Part shown: positions 45,601 to 55,678 of the stretch, in pieces
Layout of the letters: each line of letters begins with the position of its first letter
Numbering within the stretch: position 1 is the stretch's first letter
Assembly (NCBI GenBank): GCA_002347025.1
Contig: DEAE01000012.1
Span: 10,022 to 74,021 of the forward strand
Direction of reading: 5' to 3'
Length of the DNA: 64,000 bases
Source: Acidobacteria bacterium UBA2990
Lineage (GTDB): Bacteria > Acidobacteriota > Vicinamibacteria > Vicinamibacterales > UBA8438
Translations under genes and position numbers: made by a program
Notes under the pieces: generated by a model
The model's database searches: none
What the model was told of the DNA's origin: nothing
Seen by the model: only the letters and a program-made list of their open reading frames with translations

Positions 45601-47055
45601 CTAGACGACCGACTCAGCACCAGGTCGAAGATCGCTGTCGCCATCGCCAGAATCGCTACTATCATTTCGTTTCCGTCTGGGCCTTATGTCGTGACGCTTA
45701 ATCATTTCGTTGAGAGTCGTGGGTTTAATCTGCAACATCTCAGCAGCGCGCTTCTGAACACCACCAGTCATAGCGAGCGTCCGCTCAATGAGCTGGGTTT
45801 CGAAAGCCGCAATTGTTTCCCTTAATGAAAGCCCTTCAGGCGGAACTACAAATCGCGGTATCTGGAATGAACCTGCCGTCCGAATCTCATCGGGGATCAA
45901 CTCGACATCGATTCTCAGGCCTGTGGCAAGCACAACGGCCCTCTCGATGACGTTCTCTAATTCCCGCACATTCCCTGGCCAGCTGTACTCTTCCAATCGG
46001 TCCAAAGCTGCTGGAGTCAACTCAAGACTAGGTTTTTCATTCTCAATCCCGTATTTGCCCAGAAAATGTTGGGCAAGGTGACGAATATCCTCGCGGCGTT
46101 CTCGCAACGGCGGAAGTCCGATCTTGATGACATTCAGCCGATAATAGAGATCCTCTCGGAATTGGTTTTGTTCGACCAAAGCACTGAGGTCCACATTCGT
46201 CGCCGCAATGATCCGCACATCCACCTTGACAATATCAACACCCCCGAGGCGCATGAATTCTCGTTCCTGTATCACACGCAATAATTTGGCCTGCGTCTCA
46301 GGCGGAACGCTACCGATCTCATCGAAAAAAATCGTGCCTTTATTGGCCAGCTCGAATAAGCCCTTCTTGGGAGCAACGGCCCCGGTGAAAGCACCCTTAA
46401 GATGACCAAACAGGTTTGATTCGAGCAGATCGGGAGGCAAGCTACCAGAGTTTACAGTAATGAATGGACCGCTAGACCTTGGAGAGCCAGCATGCAGCGC
46501 TCGAGCGGCTAGCTCTTTACCGGTTCCACTTTCGCCTTCAACCAGAATCGTTGTTCGACTTACAGCCGCCTGTGAGATCAGCGCAAACACTTGTCGCATG
46601 CTCCGACTCTGACCGACAAAATCACCAGACTGTTGGTTTTGGTTCTGCAAGGTCTCACGAAGGGTTCGATTCTCAGTTAACAACCTTCTTCGCTCGGCGG
46701 CGTTACGCACCACCACCAACACTTCATCGTTCTTGAAGGGTTTGGTTACGTAATCGAAGGCTCCGCGCTTCATGGCCACAATCGCGTTCTTTAGTGAAGC
46801 GAAAGCAGTGATCAAAATCACTGGTAGATCCTCATCAATCTTTTTGAGCTCATCCAACGTAGAGATACCATCGAGACCAGGCATCATGACATCCACAACC
46901 GCAACATCGAATGGTTGGGCTCGAGCCAACGCTAGTCCGTCTTCACCGTTGACAGCAACGGACACACGACAACCCTCACGCTCCAAGAGGGTTTGCAGGA
47001 TCTCCCGCATGACTTCCTCGTCGTCGACGATCAGCACAGACGTGTCCCGTAACAT
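45601..47055 (-). CDS. Sigma-54-dependent response regulator (REC - AAA+ - Fis HTH; NtrC family)
   Basis: REC domain with DVMMPGLDG, Walker A GESGTGKE, the GAFTGA loop, and a C-terminal HTH QKRAAEMLQIKPTTLNEMIKR. Confidence 0.92.
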   Translation of the reverse strand: MLRDTSVLIVDDEEVMREILQTLLEREGCRVSVAVNGEDGLALARAQPFDVAVVDVMMPGLDGISTLDELKKIDEDLPVILITAFASLKNAIVAMKRGAFDYVTKPFKNDEVLVVVRNAAERRRLLTENRTLRETLQNQNQQSGDFVGQSRSMRQVFALISQAAVSRTTILVEGESGTGKELAARALHAGSPRSSGPFITVNSGSLPPDLLESNLFGHLKGAFTGAVAPKKGLFELANKGTIFFDEIGSVPPETQAKLLRVIQEREFMRLGGVDIVKVDVRIIAATNVDLSALVEQNQFREDLYYRLNVIKIGLPPLRERREDIRHLAQHFLGKYGIENEKPSLELTPAALDRLEEYSWPGNVRELENVIERAVVLATGLRIDVELIPDEIRTAGSFQIPRFVVPPEGLSLRETIAAFETQLIERTLAMTGGVQKRAAEMLQIKPTTLNEMIKRHDIRPRRKRNDSSDSGDGDSDLRPGAESVV

Positions 47056-47064
47056 TTGAGTTTC

Positions 47065-49989
47065 CTAATTTTGTGCAACTGCTCGCACTTGGGCCTGCAA
47101 AGGTAGCGTTACCTTAAACCGAGTCCCATCACCTGGTCCACTCTGGCAGCCAATCGTTCCGCCATGTTCCTTGATAACACCATAAGCAATAGACAGGCCC
47201 AGTCCAGTCCCCTGTCCCACCTCCTTGGTAGTAAAAAACGGATCATAAATACGAGAAAGATCCTCCCGGGCAATTCCTGAGCCACTATCTGCAACTTCGA
47301 TCACCGCACTTTCTCCGTCGGTCCAAGAGGCAATCGACAGCCAACCGCCAGTAGGCATAGCATCACAAGCATTGAGAATGATGTTCAGGAACACCTGCTG
47401 TAACTTGAACTCCACTCCTTTAACGACGGTTGCGGTCTCAGATAGCTCCTTCCGAAGTTTTATGTTGGACATTTGAAGCTGATGTTCTAACAACACAAGT
47501 ACATCGCTCATCATGACGTTGACATCCACAAGCGTAGAAGAGTCCGGTCTTCCTTGTCTCGAAAGGTTCAATAGACCATTAACGATCTTCGCCGCTCGAA
47601 CCGTCTGCTGCTCAATTTTTTCTAGTAGCGGGGTTCTCGGATCTTCCGAGTCCGTCCCCTCAAGTAGCATCTGGGTAAAACTGGAAATGCCAGTCAGCGG
47701 GGTGTTCACCTCATGCGCTACACCAGCCGCGAGCAAACCGACCGAAGCCATCTTGTCTGATAGCTGCAATTGTTCCTCTAGCTGGACTCGTTCCGTAATG
47801 TCCTCAAGAATAACTATCATTCCTGAGGTTTCTCCACCTGGAGTCCGAAGAGGGGCCAGTGCCACATTAACCAGAAGGTGTCTTCCCCCTTCCTCATGGC
47901 GTGACCTCAAGGGGACTCGATACAAAGTCGCCCCGTCGGAACTCTCTTGTTTGACCTGCTCTAACCGGCCAGTAAGCGAAGAATCAAACAACTCATCTAA
48001 GCATTTCCCAACCGCCACTTGCGAGTTGACACCATAGATTCGTTCAAGGGCAGAGTTCCATCTGAGCACTCGGTCATCGAGATCCAGCACAACTAAACCA
48101 TCATTTAGTGACTGGACGATGTTCTCATTAAACTCTCTAATTCGGTCAACCTCTGCCGCTTTACTCTGAAGTTGGGAATATAGTCGCCCGTTCTCGATAG
48201 CTGTCGCCACTTGGGCAGCCACTGCTGATAGCAGCGCAACATCTTCACTGCTCAATGGAGACCCATTATTTTTCGTACCAAGTGCCAGTACCGCTATGGT
48301 CCCCTCTTCGGATACACAGGGCACGAAATAGTGAATTCCTTGCTCTCGCCAAAAGGCTACTTCTTCTCCTGGGTGGAGATGCGCAGAAACAGAATCATCA
48401 AGCATGACTGTTTGACGCATTACCAGTCGACGCCCGATGCTCGAATCAGGCCTCAAAACAGGCCAATCAGCTACCCTTCTTCCCCCCCCTGCATGAGAAG
48501 GCCTGAATTGCTGACCTGGGTCTGGGGCTAAAGGAGACAACATCAAAACGGTGTGATTTACAGCCAACGTCTCAGTCACCCGTGTGACCAGACGTTCGGC
48601 CAATCTATTTAAATCTAGGTCACTATTTAATTCACGCGCAAAACCTACGAGTGCACGTCGATAATCATATCGATCCCGATAATGGGCTCGGTCAAGCATG
48701 AGTTCGATTGCGTTTTTGATTGGACCCGCTACAAGAACCACAACCGCCGTTGCGAGGAGAGCAATGATGGCGTTATGTTCATCAGACTCATCAAGGAAGA
48801 CCTCTCTCGCTAGCCAATCCAGAATCAAGTAAATCGCTATCATTAAGGAGACTGCCACCCCGTAAACAGCCCAGCGTTTAACTATCACCTCGATGTCTCG
48901 TAAGCGATAACGAACGATGGCTAGGGCAAAAGCTAGCGGAATCAGACCGAGTGGAATTGCGGTCACATCTAGCGGGGCCACGTCGAGACCAAACGCCCAA
49001 GGAAACGCATAGCCTAAAGCAAACGGTAAGCCTCCAAGTAAGGCCCCCCACACGATCCACCGCAACTGGCGTTGTGAAGTTACAGAGGCCACCCGCCTCA
49101 AAGTCAAGATCATGAGCGACAACCCACCCAAGACACAGGTGGCTAGATACATAACCTCAAGACTCCACACAACCTCCACTGCGCGCCTAAACGCAGATGA
49201 ACCTGCATCACCCGCTAAAAGCACCGCTTGAGCAACGCCTAGGACCACAGCTGGAGCATAGACAATCGGTAGCAGTAAACCGCCCAAGCGGGTTTCAACA
49301 CCGCCAGAAGCCCTCTCTGGAAACACTAAGGCAAAATGAACAAGCATAGGGGCAAGCAGTAGTGTCGAGATTGCATCTGCCCAATAGAATACCCAGTCCA
49401 GTCGATCCAGCCGGCCGCTGAACGAGAAAGCGAACATGCCAAAAAAAGCGACGCTGAGCCAGAAAAAATGCAGAGTAGCTTGGGTCCCAGGATGCCTTAA
49501 ACGAACCGAAGCCCCAACCAGGAGAGTAAACACGCCGATGCCTACAAGAACAAAGTAAGTCTCTAAGGAACTAATCGGCGCTGGCTGTAGGGTCACTTCA
49601 ACTAGGCGGGACTGACCGAGCCGCAAAAGGGTATAGGTTAGAACGGCTTCATCTTGGACAGAGTGTAGAGCCTCTACAACTTCCCCAACAGCCTGAACTG
49701 GAACACCGTCGATAGCTAGAAGTAAATCTCCTGACGCGATGCCCGCGAGATCTCCGACCTCGCCTTCTCCAACGTCAATAGCGGTCACACCCGCCGGTCT
49801 ATCTCCCCATAGTATCCCGTCGACTCTTTCGTTCCAGTTAGCCCTAACAAGAACATTAGCTGCCGCCAGGCATATCAGGACTGCGACCAACAAAACGGCC
49901 AGAATGGGAGGAGCCCATGTGTGCCACAGTCCATTTAGGACGGTAGAGTGAGACGGTGACGACACAGAAGGCAGCGACATTTGATTCAT
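47065..49989 (-). CDS. Hybrid-architecture sensor histidine kinase: TM - PDZ - multi-TM block - GAF - PAS - HisKA - HATPase
   Basis: PDZ-like GDLAGIASGDLLLAIDGVPV, about 8-10 hydrophobic helices, the H-box AAGVAHEVNTPL, the N-box NIILNACDAM and the G-box EVGQGTGLGLS. The ORF is open to 50100, but ATG 49989 (MNQMSL) is more plausible. Confidence 0.85.
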   Translation of the reverse strand: MNQMSLPSVSSPSHSTVLNGLWHTWAPPILAVLLVAVLICLAAANVLVRANWNERVDGILWGDRPAGVTAIDVGEGEVGDLAGIASGDLLLAIDGVPVQAVGEVVEALHSVQDEAVLTYTLLRLGQSRLVEVTLQPAPISSLETYFVLVGIGVFTLLVGASVRLRHPGTQATLHFFWLSVAFFGMFAFSFSGRLDRLDWVFYWADAISTLLLAPMLVHFALVFPERASGGVETRLGGLLLPIVYAPAVVLGVAQAVLLAGDAGSSAFRRAVEVVWSLEVMYLATCVLGGLSLMILTLRRVASVTSQRQLRWIVWGALLGGLPFALGYAFPWAFGLDVAPLDVTAIPLGLIPLAFALAIVRYRLRDIEVIVKRWAVYGVAVSLMIAIYLILDWLAREVFLDESDEHNAIIALLATAVVVLVAGPIKNAIELMLDRAHYRDRYDYRRALVGFARELNSDLDLNRLAERLVTRVTETLAVNHTVLMLSPLAPDPGQQFRPSHAGGGRRVADWPVLRPDSSIGRRLVMRQTVMLDDSVSAHLHPGEEVAFWREQGIHYFVPCVSEEGTIAVLALGTKNNGSPLSSEDVALLSAVAAQVATAIENGRLYSQLQSKAAEVDRIREFNENIVQSLNDGLVVLDLDDRVLRWNSALERIYGVNSQVAVGKCLDELFDSSLTGRLEQVKQESSDGATLYRVPLRSRHEEGGRHLLVNVALAPLRTPGGETSGMIVILEDITERVQLEEQLQLSDKMASVGLLAAGVAHEVNTPLTGISSFTQMLLEGTDSEDPRTPLLEKIEQQTVRAAKIVNGLLNLSRQGRPDSSTLVDVNVMMSDVLVLLEHQLQMSNIKLRKELSETATVVKGVEFKLQQVFLNIILNACDAMPTGGWLSIASWTDGESAVIEVADSGSGIAREDLSRIYDPFFTTKEVGQGTGLGLSIAYGVIKEHGGTIGCQSGPGDGTRFKVTLPLQAQVRAVAQN

Positions 49990-50151
49990 CGGACTACAGG
50001 GCAACCATCTGTTAAAAACAGACTCTTGGCGAACCTTCTCATGCCAAAGGATGCAAAACTTGTTCCAGGGCAGCGACGACTCTAATGCGCCTTTCCCCAA
50101 ATAGACTCTTTCGGCAATAAGTGAACACTCAACCAGTGCAATTATTCAAAT

Positions 50152-50172
50152 ATTTGGATCAATAATCCAAAT
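50152..50172. promoter_or_regulatory. AT-rich perfect palindrome ATTTGGAT-caata-ATCCAAAT upstream of the kinase gene
   Basis: 8-bp arms and a 5-bp spacer in the gap between the barrel gene stop (50247) and the kinase start. Confidence 0.35.
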
Positions 50173-50246
50173 TAATGCGCTGAGCCTAGGGGTAATCCAA
50201 CTTTAACCAGTACTTTCTGGTCTTGACGCCCAGGTAACACCAAGGC

Positions 50247-52163
50247 CTAGAAGTGAACGACGACACCACCAACAACCTGCTTGGGAGAACGCACTACCAG
50301 CAGCTCGTTAAACATGGACGCCATTTCATTGGGATCGAAAAACAGGCTACGAACCGCCATAAGAACTTCCCAACGACTGCCCGCAAATGGAGAGAAAGGT
50401 AGAGCCTGGTGAACCAGAATGTCGAATCGGGCATCGAGCCCCGTTGAATTATCTGAATCGGCATACGCGAAGGCCCCGTTGACACGACAGCGAACAAAAA
50501 CCTTCGTGCCTGTTTCCGAAAACTCAGCTTCAAGAGCTCCACTGAGGTCATGGATCTGTTCAAACGCCGGGCGGAGTCCCCCAATACTTTCATCGTTCAA
50601 GAATCCAGCCTCGCCTGCTTGAACCCATTCCGCCTCAGCGACCGCATAGTCAACTGATCCGTTCAAGCGATTTCCAAGGTGTCGGCTTAGGGTGAAAATC
50701 CACCCTCGACTGACAACCGAGCCTGCACGAGCAAGATAGTAATGCCCAGTTGCCTCACTCGCGAGATCACCCACTCCGAACAAGGTTGCGATTTGATTTC
50801 TAACACCCTGATAAAAACGTCTGACTCCGATCGCATATTGGCTCGACAAGTCGTGCTCAATTCCTACCTCGAAGTGCCGTGTTGTTTCCGGGTACAAACC
50901 CTCCTGATGCGATAAGGCCCCAAACGTACGTTCTGGTGGCAACCACAACCCGGTGTCCGCAGGGGGGAGGAACTCTTCAGCCCCTGGAGCAATCGTCTCC
51001 TGCGCCCCAGCTAGCCGAATGCGATATCCAGGCGAAGGGGTCATGGTCACCGCCGCAGCAGGACTGAAAAGACCATCTTCCTCGATATAGCCATAAGTTG
51101 AGTAGCGGCCCCCATAATCAAATTTCAAATGGGGCGAGGCCACCCAACTGTCTGAGGCAGCAAAACTTGTTGCGTGGCGGGTTTGCGCACCAACCGTGAG
51201 CGCAGCCGGATTGGCACCTCCGTAGCGCTGACGCCCATAGGTCACATCAAATCCGACCCTGTGTTTTCCACCTGGGTCTGCCAAATACTCACCGGACGCC
51301 AACCATGACATGACATCACCGGTCGTGACAGCGCCGTGCCCAGTCCACTCACCTTGCCAAATAGGCGAACTCACCGAAAGGTTAGCGATGCCAGTTTGCA
51401 AGACATCACCTATGAAACGATTGGCAGATGGAAGCGTCCCTCGAGTCAGAAGATTCAACTCCCCACCCAAAGGGTTCGCAGCCAGGAACGAAGCAAGTGA
51501 GCCTGGCAACCCAACCTTATTCGCCCTAGACTTCAGCGCACTTTTGGTTACCGCCTTCGGACTAACCAGCGACACCTCGGTTTGCTTAAAAACGCTTCGC
51601 CTGGCCCGACGTAATCGCCAAGCCTTTTCGTCATGAGCATGTGGCGTAGATTCCTCTGCAGTTTGTAGATTTTGATCCCTGTCTTCCTCTTCAAATTGTT
51701 CTGTTTCTGACCGAGACGAAAAGCCGAAATTTACGGAAGCTGCCTCAGGGGAGTGGAACAACCGAACCCGGGCCATTGCTATTGCATGCACTGACCGGCC
51801 GCCAGCAGCAACCAAAACAGACCCTTGTTTTCTGTTGGCGTAACCAGGCAAGTGCGCTTGAATCAAGTATCGCCCAGGCTCGAGAGAGGACAAAGCGAAT
51901 CGCCCTTGGCTATCAGACACTACAAGCCGAACTCCAGATGGCCCGAATGCAGAAACCATCGCCTTTTCAAGAGGCTCACCAGATACATCAACTACCACAC
52001 CCGTAATAAGTCCATCTACAGCCGGCTTATCCACTCTGGCGTGAGCTACCGAGGACTGCTCCCTTTCGCCAGAAATTGCCTCAACACGGACTCCAGTGAA
52101 AAAGAGCGCGACAACTACGATCACTGCTATTCTTCCCAGTAAATACATCGGCGCTTCGCTCAC
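50247..52163 (-). CDS. Outer-membrane beta-barrel protein with N-terminal carboxypeptidase-regulatory-like domain; no recognisable TonB plug
   Basis: Signal peptide, then CarbopepD_reg-like GVVVDVSGEPLEKAMV...GRYLIQAH. An acidic/basic linker is followed by alternating-hydrophobicity strands. The C-terminal OMP signature is ...GGVVVHF. Confidence 0.75.
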   Translation of the reverse strand: MSEAPMYLLGRIAVIVVVALFFTGVRVEAISGEREQSSVAHARVDKPAVDGLITGVVVDVSGEPLEKAMVSAFGPSGVRLVVSDSQGRFALSSLEPGRYLIQAHLPGYANRKQGSVLVAAGGRSVHAIAMARVRLFHSPEAASVNFGFSSRSETEQFEEEDRDQNLQTAEESTPHAHDEKAWRLRRARRSVFKQTEVSLVSPKAVTKSALKSRANKVGLPGSLASFLAANPLGGELNLLTRGTLPSANRFIGDVLQTGIANLSVSSPIWQGEWTGHGAVTTGDVMSWLASGEYLADPGGKHRVGFDVTYGRQRYGGANPAALTVGAQTRHATSFAASDSWVASPHLKFDYGGRYSTYGYIEEDGLFSPAAAVTMTPSPGYRIRLAGAQETIAPGAEEFLPPADTGLWLPPERTFGALSHQEGLYPETTRHFEVGIEHDLSSQYAIGVRRFYQGVRNQIATLFGVGDLASEATGHYYLARAGSVVSRGWIFTLSRHLGNRLNGSVDYAVAEAEWVQAGEAGFLNDESIGGLRPAFEQIHDLSGALEAEFSETGTKVFVRCRVNGAFAYADSDNSTGLDARFDILVHQALPFSPFAGSRWEVLMAVRSLFFDPNEMASMFNELLVVRSPKQVVGGVVVHF

Positions 52164-52229
52164 TGCTCCACCCCAAAGTCAATTAGGTTAAAAGGCACAT
52201 CGCTACAATTACAAAGTCCCGTCCGGATC

Positions 52230-53243
52230 CTAAGGCGAGGCGACGGAGAAGTCCACACTCCGCATCAGTACCGCACCGTTTGTATTGTCGGTGACCTTGA
52301 TGACGAGTCGATAATCGTCTACCGGAAGGGCACTCAACGGCACAATCTGGCCTGCAGCTAACTGATGGCCGGCAGTCACATCAAAGTCCTGGGGTAACGT
52401 CCTCTCATTGAACATCTGCGGGGTAGTGCGATCGAAGAACTGCCCACCCTGTAGCCCGCGGGTACTGAAAGTGTAATCTACCCTGACATCAGGCATCCCA
52501 GACACCGTCAAACCAGCGTTATAGATGAAAAAAGCCGATATAAATTCCCCCGGAGGAGAGTACTCTGGTGTCATCTTCGGAATAATTCTCAGATTACCGA
52601 GTGTATACGGATTCAGCAAGAGTTGAGACGGGGACGGCGGTGAAGGCAGCACATCAATCCGCTCTGCCAAAATGACACTGCTGGCAGCGAGTTGCTCGGA
52701 CCACAGGTTCGGTATCGACACCTCTTTCTTAAACATAAGTGTTCTAGGTTCCGTCCCACTAGAGACCTCGCTTTCGCTCACCGCTACATAAACATCATAG
52801 TCTCCACTTTGTCCCCAAAATCCTGCGCTAATTTCGTACGCACCGGCAAGAGTCGGTGCCCCAAGCTCGATGTGATAGGCCTCCTCAAACACCGGATCAC
52901 AACGCTCAGGTTCTGACATCGCCTGTTGCGGTTCCACGAGTATGTAAATTGCTATAGTTGGCGTGCTGAGCTCTCTTTGTTCAACAGAGAACGTGAAAGG
53001 CACAAATGTTGTTTGCTTGCTGCTCTTTAAAAACTCGTTGACCCAGTCCAGGGGTTGTTCCGTCCAAACGGACTGGCTCTGCAACACCGTAGAAACAGCA
53101 GAAGCGAGCAACTCAAGTTCTTGTCTCTGCTCCTCGGTAAGTTCTTGCTCAACACCTTGCCCGGCCGCATGCGTAATACCAACAACCACGAACCCAGCCA
53201 CCCCCAAAAACAGTAGCTTCAAGCAGTGGATAATCTCCGTCAT
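52230..53243 (-). CDS. Hypothetical secreted or membrane-anchored protein, beta-rich
   Basis: 337 aa ORF with N-terminal hydrophobic signal/anchor LLFLGVAGFVVVGITHAAG. I recognise no motif. Confidence 0.55.
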   Translation of the reverse strand: MTEIIHCLKLLFLGVAGFVVVGITHAAGQGVEQELTEEQRQELELLASAVSTVLQSQSVWTEQPLDWVNEFLKSSKQTTFVPFTFSVEQRELSTPTIAIYILVEPQQAMSEPERCDPVFEEAYHIELGAPTLAGAYEISAGFWGQSGDYDVYVAVSESEVSSGTEPRTLMFKKEVSIPNLWSEQLAASSVILAERIDVLPSPPSPSQLLLNPYTLGNLRIIPKMTPEYSPPGEFISAFFIYNAGLTVSGMPDVRVDYTFSTRGLQGGQFFDRTTPQMFNERTLPQDFDVTAGHQLAAGQIVPLSALPVDDYRLVIKVTDNTNGAVLMRSVDFSVASP

Positions 53244-53502
53244 CGATACAATTCTCCCTAATTCAGAACCTGGTGTAACACTACATTACCGTTCTTCGGT
53301 TGCCCGGACCAACTTTCCACTATTGTTAGTATCACGAGGCTCGTTAACCTCATCTGCAATACACTGCACTTTCAATTCCTCAAAACCATCTCCCCGGAGT
53401 TGACCGTGGTATCATTCGTGGCCGGCTGTGTGAGTTTGAACCACTGAGCCGTTCCTACTGACAATAAACCGCCAATCGCCGGCTCTCACCGAGGCCGACA
53501 AC

Positions 53503-55062
53503 ATGCCTGTATTTGAGCAGACCCTACCGCCCTTAGTTTTGATTGTCCTAGATGGATGGGGAGAACGCACAAAACCTGACGGAAACGCCATCGCTCAAGC
53601 TCGAACGCCTATCTATAATGACATTCGAGACCGCTACCCATCGGCACTCTTAACGACCTGTGGCAAAGCCGTTGGACTTCCAGCTGGACAGATGGGTAAT
53701 TCGGAGGTCGGACACATGAACCTTGGTGCAGGCCGGGTAGTCTTCCAGGACCTGACGCGCATCGACCAAGCTATTGATGAAGGACAACTTAACCAAAACT
53801 CCGCACTGATATCGTTAATCGATTACTGTGCAAATAGTTCTCACACACTTCACTTCGTTGGACTCCTCTCGAACGGTGGGGTTCACTCACACCAGCGACA
53901 CCTCAAGGCACTAATCCAACTTGCCGCGCGTCGGGGCGCAGACCGAGTCTTTATACACGCCCACACTGATGGCCGAGACACGGCACCGAATACCTGCCTA
54001 GAGCATTTGGCCTATTTAGAACGCACCTGTTCAGACACTGGAACCGGACAGATAGCATCGGTCTGTGGCCGCTACTACGCAATGGACAGAGATAAACGCT
54101 GGGACCGGACGCGCCTCGCCTATGACGCAATGACCCTTGGAGTAGGTGCCAGAGGACCTAATCCGGAAACGATGATCGCGGAGTCTTACGCCAGTGGAGT
54201 CAGTGATGAGTTCATCAAGCCACTGGTGGTAACCAGCAACGGACAGCCTATCGGTTTGCTAAGAGACGGCGATGCAGTTGTCTTCTTCAATTTCCGTGCT
54301 GACCGAGCTAGGCAGCTGACCAGTGCACTAGCACTAACAGGATTTGACGGATTTGCTCGGACAGCGTTTCCGTCCCTCCGGGTAATCACATTGACAGAAT
54401 ATGATTCTACTTTTGGCCTGCCCGTAGCCTTTCCAAGGCAAACATTTTCCGGAAATCTCTCCGATGTGCTTACGGCACATGGACGGACAAACCTCAGATT
54501 AGCGGAAACGGAGAAGTACGCTCACGTAACTTACTTTTTCAACTGTGGCGAGGAGCTGCAGGCTGCTGGCGAAGACCGCATCCTAGTACCTTCACCATCG
54601 GTCCCAACTTACGATCTAGAACCGGCCATGAGCGCAGCCGGGATCACCAGTCACTTAGTCGACAACCTAACAACTAGGAAACACAATGTGATCATCTGCA
54701 ACTTTGCTAACGCGGACATGGTTGGGCACACAGGCCAACTACAAGCCACTGTGGCCGCTGTAGAGACCCTCGACCAGTGTCTCGCTCGAATAATTGTCGC
54801 TGCCCGCAAGGTAGATGCCACTGTAATGATTACTGCAGATCACGGCAACGCTGAACAGATGTGGGACACCGAACGTAACGGTCCCCACACTTCTCACACA
54901 ACCAACCGTGTGCCACTGGTCTTAGTCGGACCAAACGTCCGGGCATCAATGCCACTTCTCGATGGCTCTTTAAGAGACGTAGCCCCAACGATTCTAGGGG
55001 TGCTCGGAATTGAGCCACCTCCCGAAATGACCGGTCGCGATTTACGTGGTTGGATTGATTGA
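53503..55062 (+). CDS. gpmI: 2,3-bisphosphoglycerate-independent phosphoglycerate mutase
   Basis: LIVLDGWGER, GNSEVGHMNLGAGR and ITADHGNAE motifs. Confidence 0.93.
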   Translation: MPVFEQTLPPLVLIVLDGWGERTKPDGNAIAQARTPIYNDIRDRYPSALLTTCGKAVGLPAGQMGNSEVGHMNLGAGRVVFQDLTRIDQAIDEGQLNQNSALISLIDYCANSSHTLHFVGLLSNGGVHSHQRHLKALIQLAARRGADRVFIHAHTDGRDTAPNTCLEHLAYLERTCSDTGTGQIASVCGRYYAMDRDKRWDRTRLAYDAMTLGVGARGPNPETMIAESYASGVSDEFIKPLVVTSNGQPIGLLRDGDAVVFFNFRADRARQLTSALALTGFDGFARTAFPSLRVITLTEYDSTFGLPVAFPRQTFSGNLSDVLTAHGRTNLRLAETEKYAHVTYFFNCGEELQAAGEDRILVPSPSVPTYDLEPAMSAAGITSHLVDNLTTRKHNVIICNFANADMVGHTGQLQATVAAVETLDQCLARIIVAARKVDATVMITADHGNAEQMWDTERNGPHTSHTTNRVPLVLVGPNVRASMPLLDGSLRDVAPTILGVLGIEPPPEMTGRDLRGWID

Positions 55063-55083
55063 TATCATCCTCAACCAGTCGAG

Positions 55084-55374
55084 CTACTCGGTTCTCTCGT
55101 CAGCAGCTATCCGGAGAGAGCGCAGGAAGCGCCGGTCATTCGAGTTCATGAGTTGAGCCGACTGGCCGTCACTCGCACTCGCCTTCGAACCTTGGCTAGA
55201 AGCCTGGCAATCGCCTCGACTGGCAAACCCGATAACGGCCTCCAACGATAGTTGCATACTATATCCAGCTACCCTTGCTCTCTCGTGACAAGCCTCCACA
55301 CTGCGGTCATTCGCTAAGGCTGTAGCCATTGCCTTAGCTAGTTCTTTCGACAACCGGTTCACAACGTCGTCCAT
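55084..55374 (-). CDS. Hypothetical small protein
   Basis: 96 aa ORF, helical, with no recognisable motif. Confidence 0.4.
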   Translation of the reverse strand: MDDVVNRLSKELAKAMATALANDRSVEACHERARVAGYSMQLSLEAVIGFASRGDCQASSQGSKASASDGQSAQLMNSNDRRFLRSLRIAADERTE

Positions 55375-55678
55375 CCGGGGTCTCTCCTCACCTCAGGGAG
55401 CCTCACGCAACCAGCCTGGCTCAGCCCGAGGCCGGTTCAGACTGTCGGTCTCGACACAGACCAACCAAGCAGACAGGCCCCTGAACCCTCAGCAAATGTC
55501 GGACCGGCCGTAACGAAGCAATCATAACGAGCAACAAGATATAGGGTCTAATAGAATTGTTAGCCATCTATATTGTTGTGTCAAGGACTTGACAGTAGCA
55601 ATCACGACACCCACCCCATTAGGCCGCAGCAGCAATCCCTGCATGTGGAGACCGATTCTCCACTACAATCATTCAGCA

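Noticed and set aside
55589-55594. TTGACA at the listed TTG start of the mutase ORF, as a promoter -35
   Set aside because: No acceptable -10 element at 16-19 bp spacing. It is only noted as one more reason to prefer ATG 55679 as the start.
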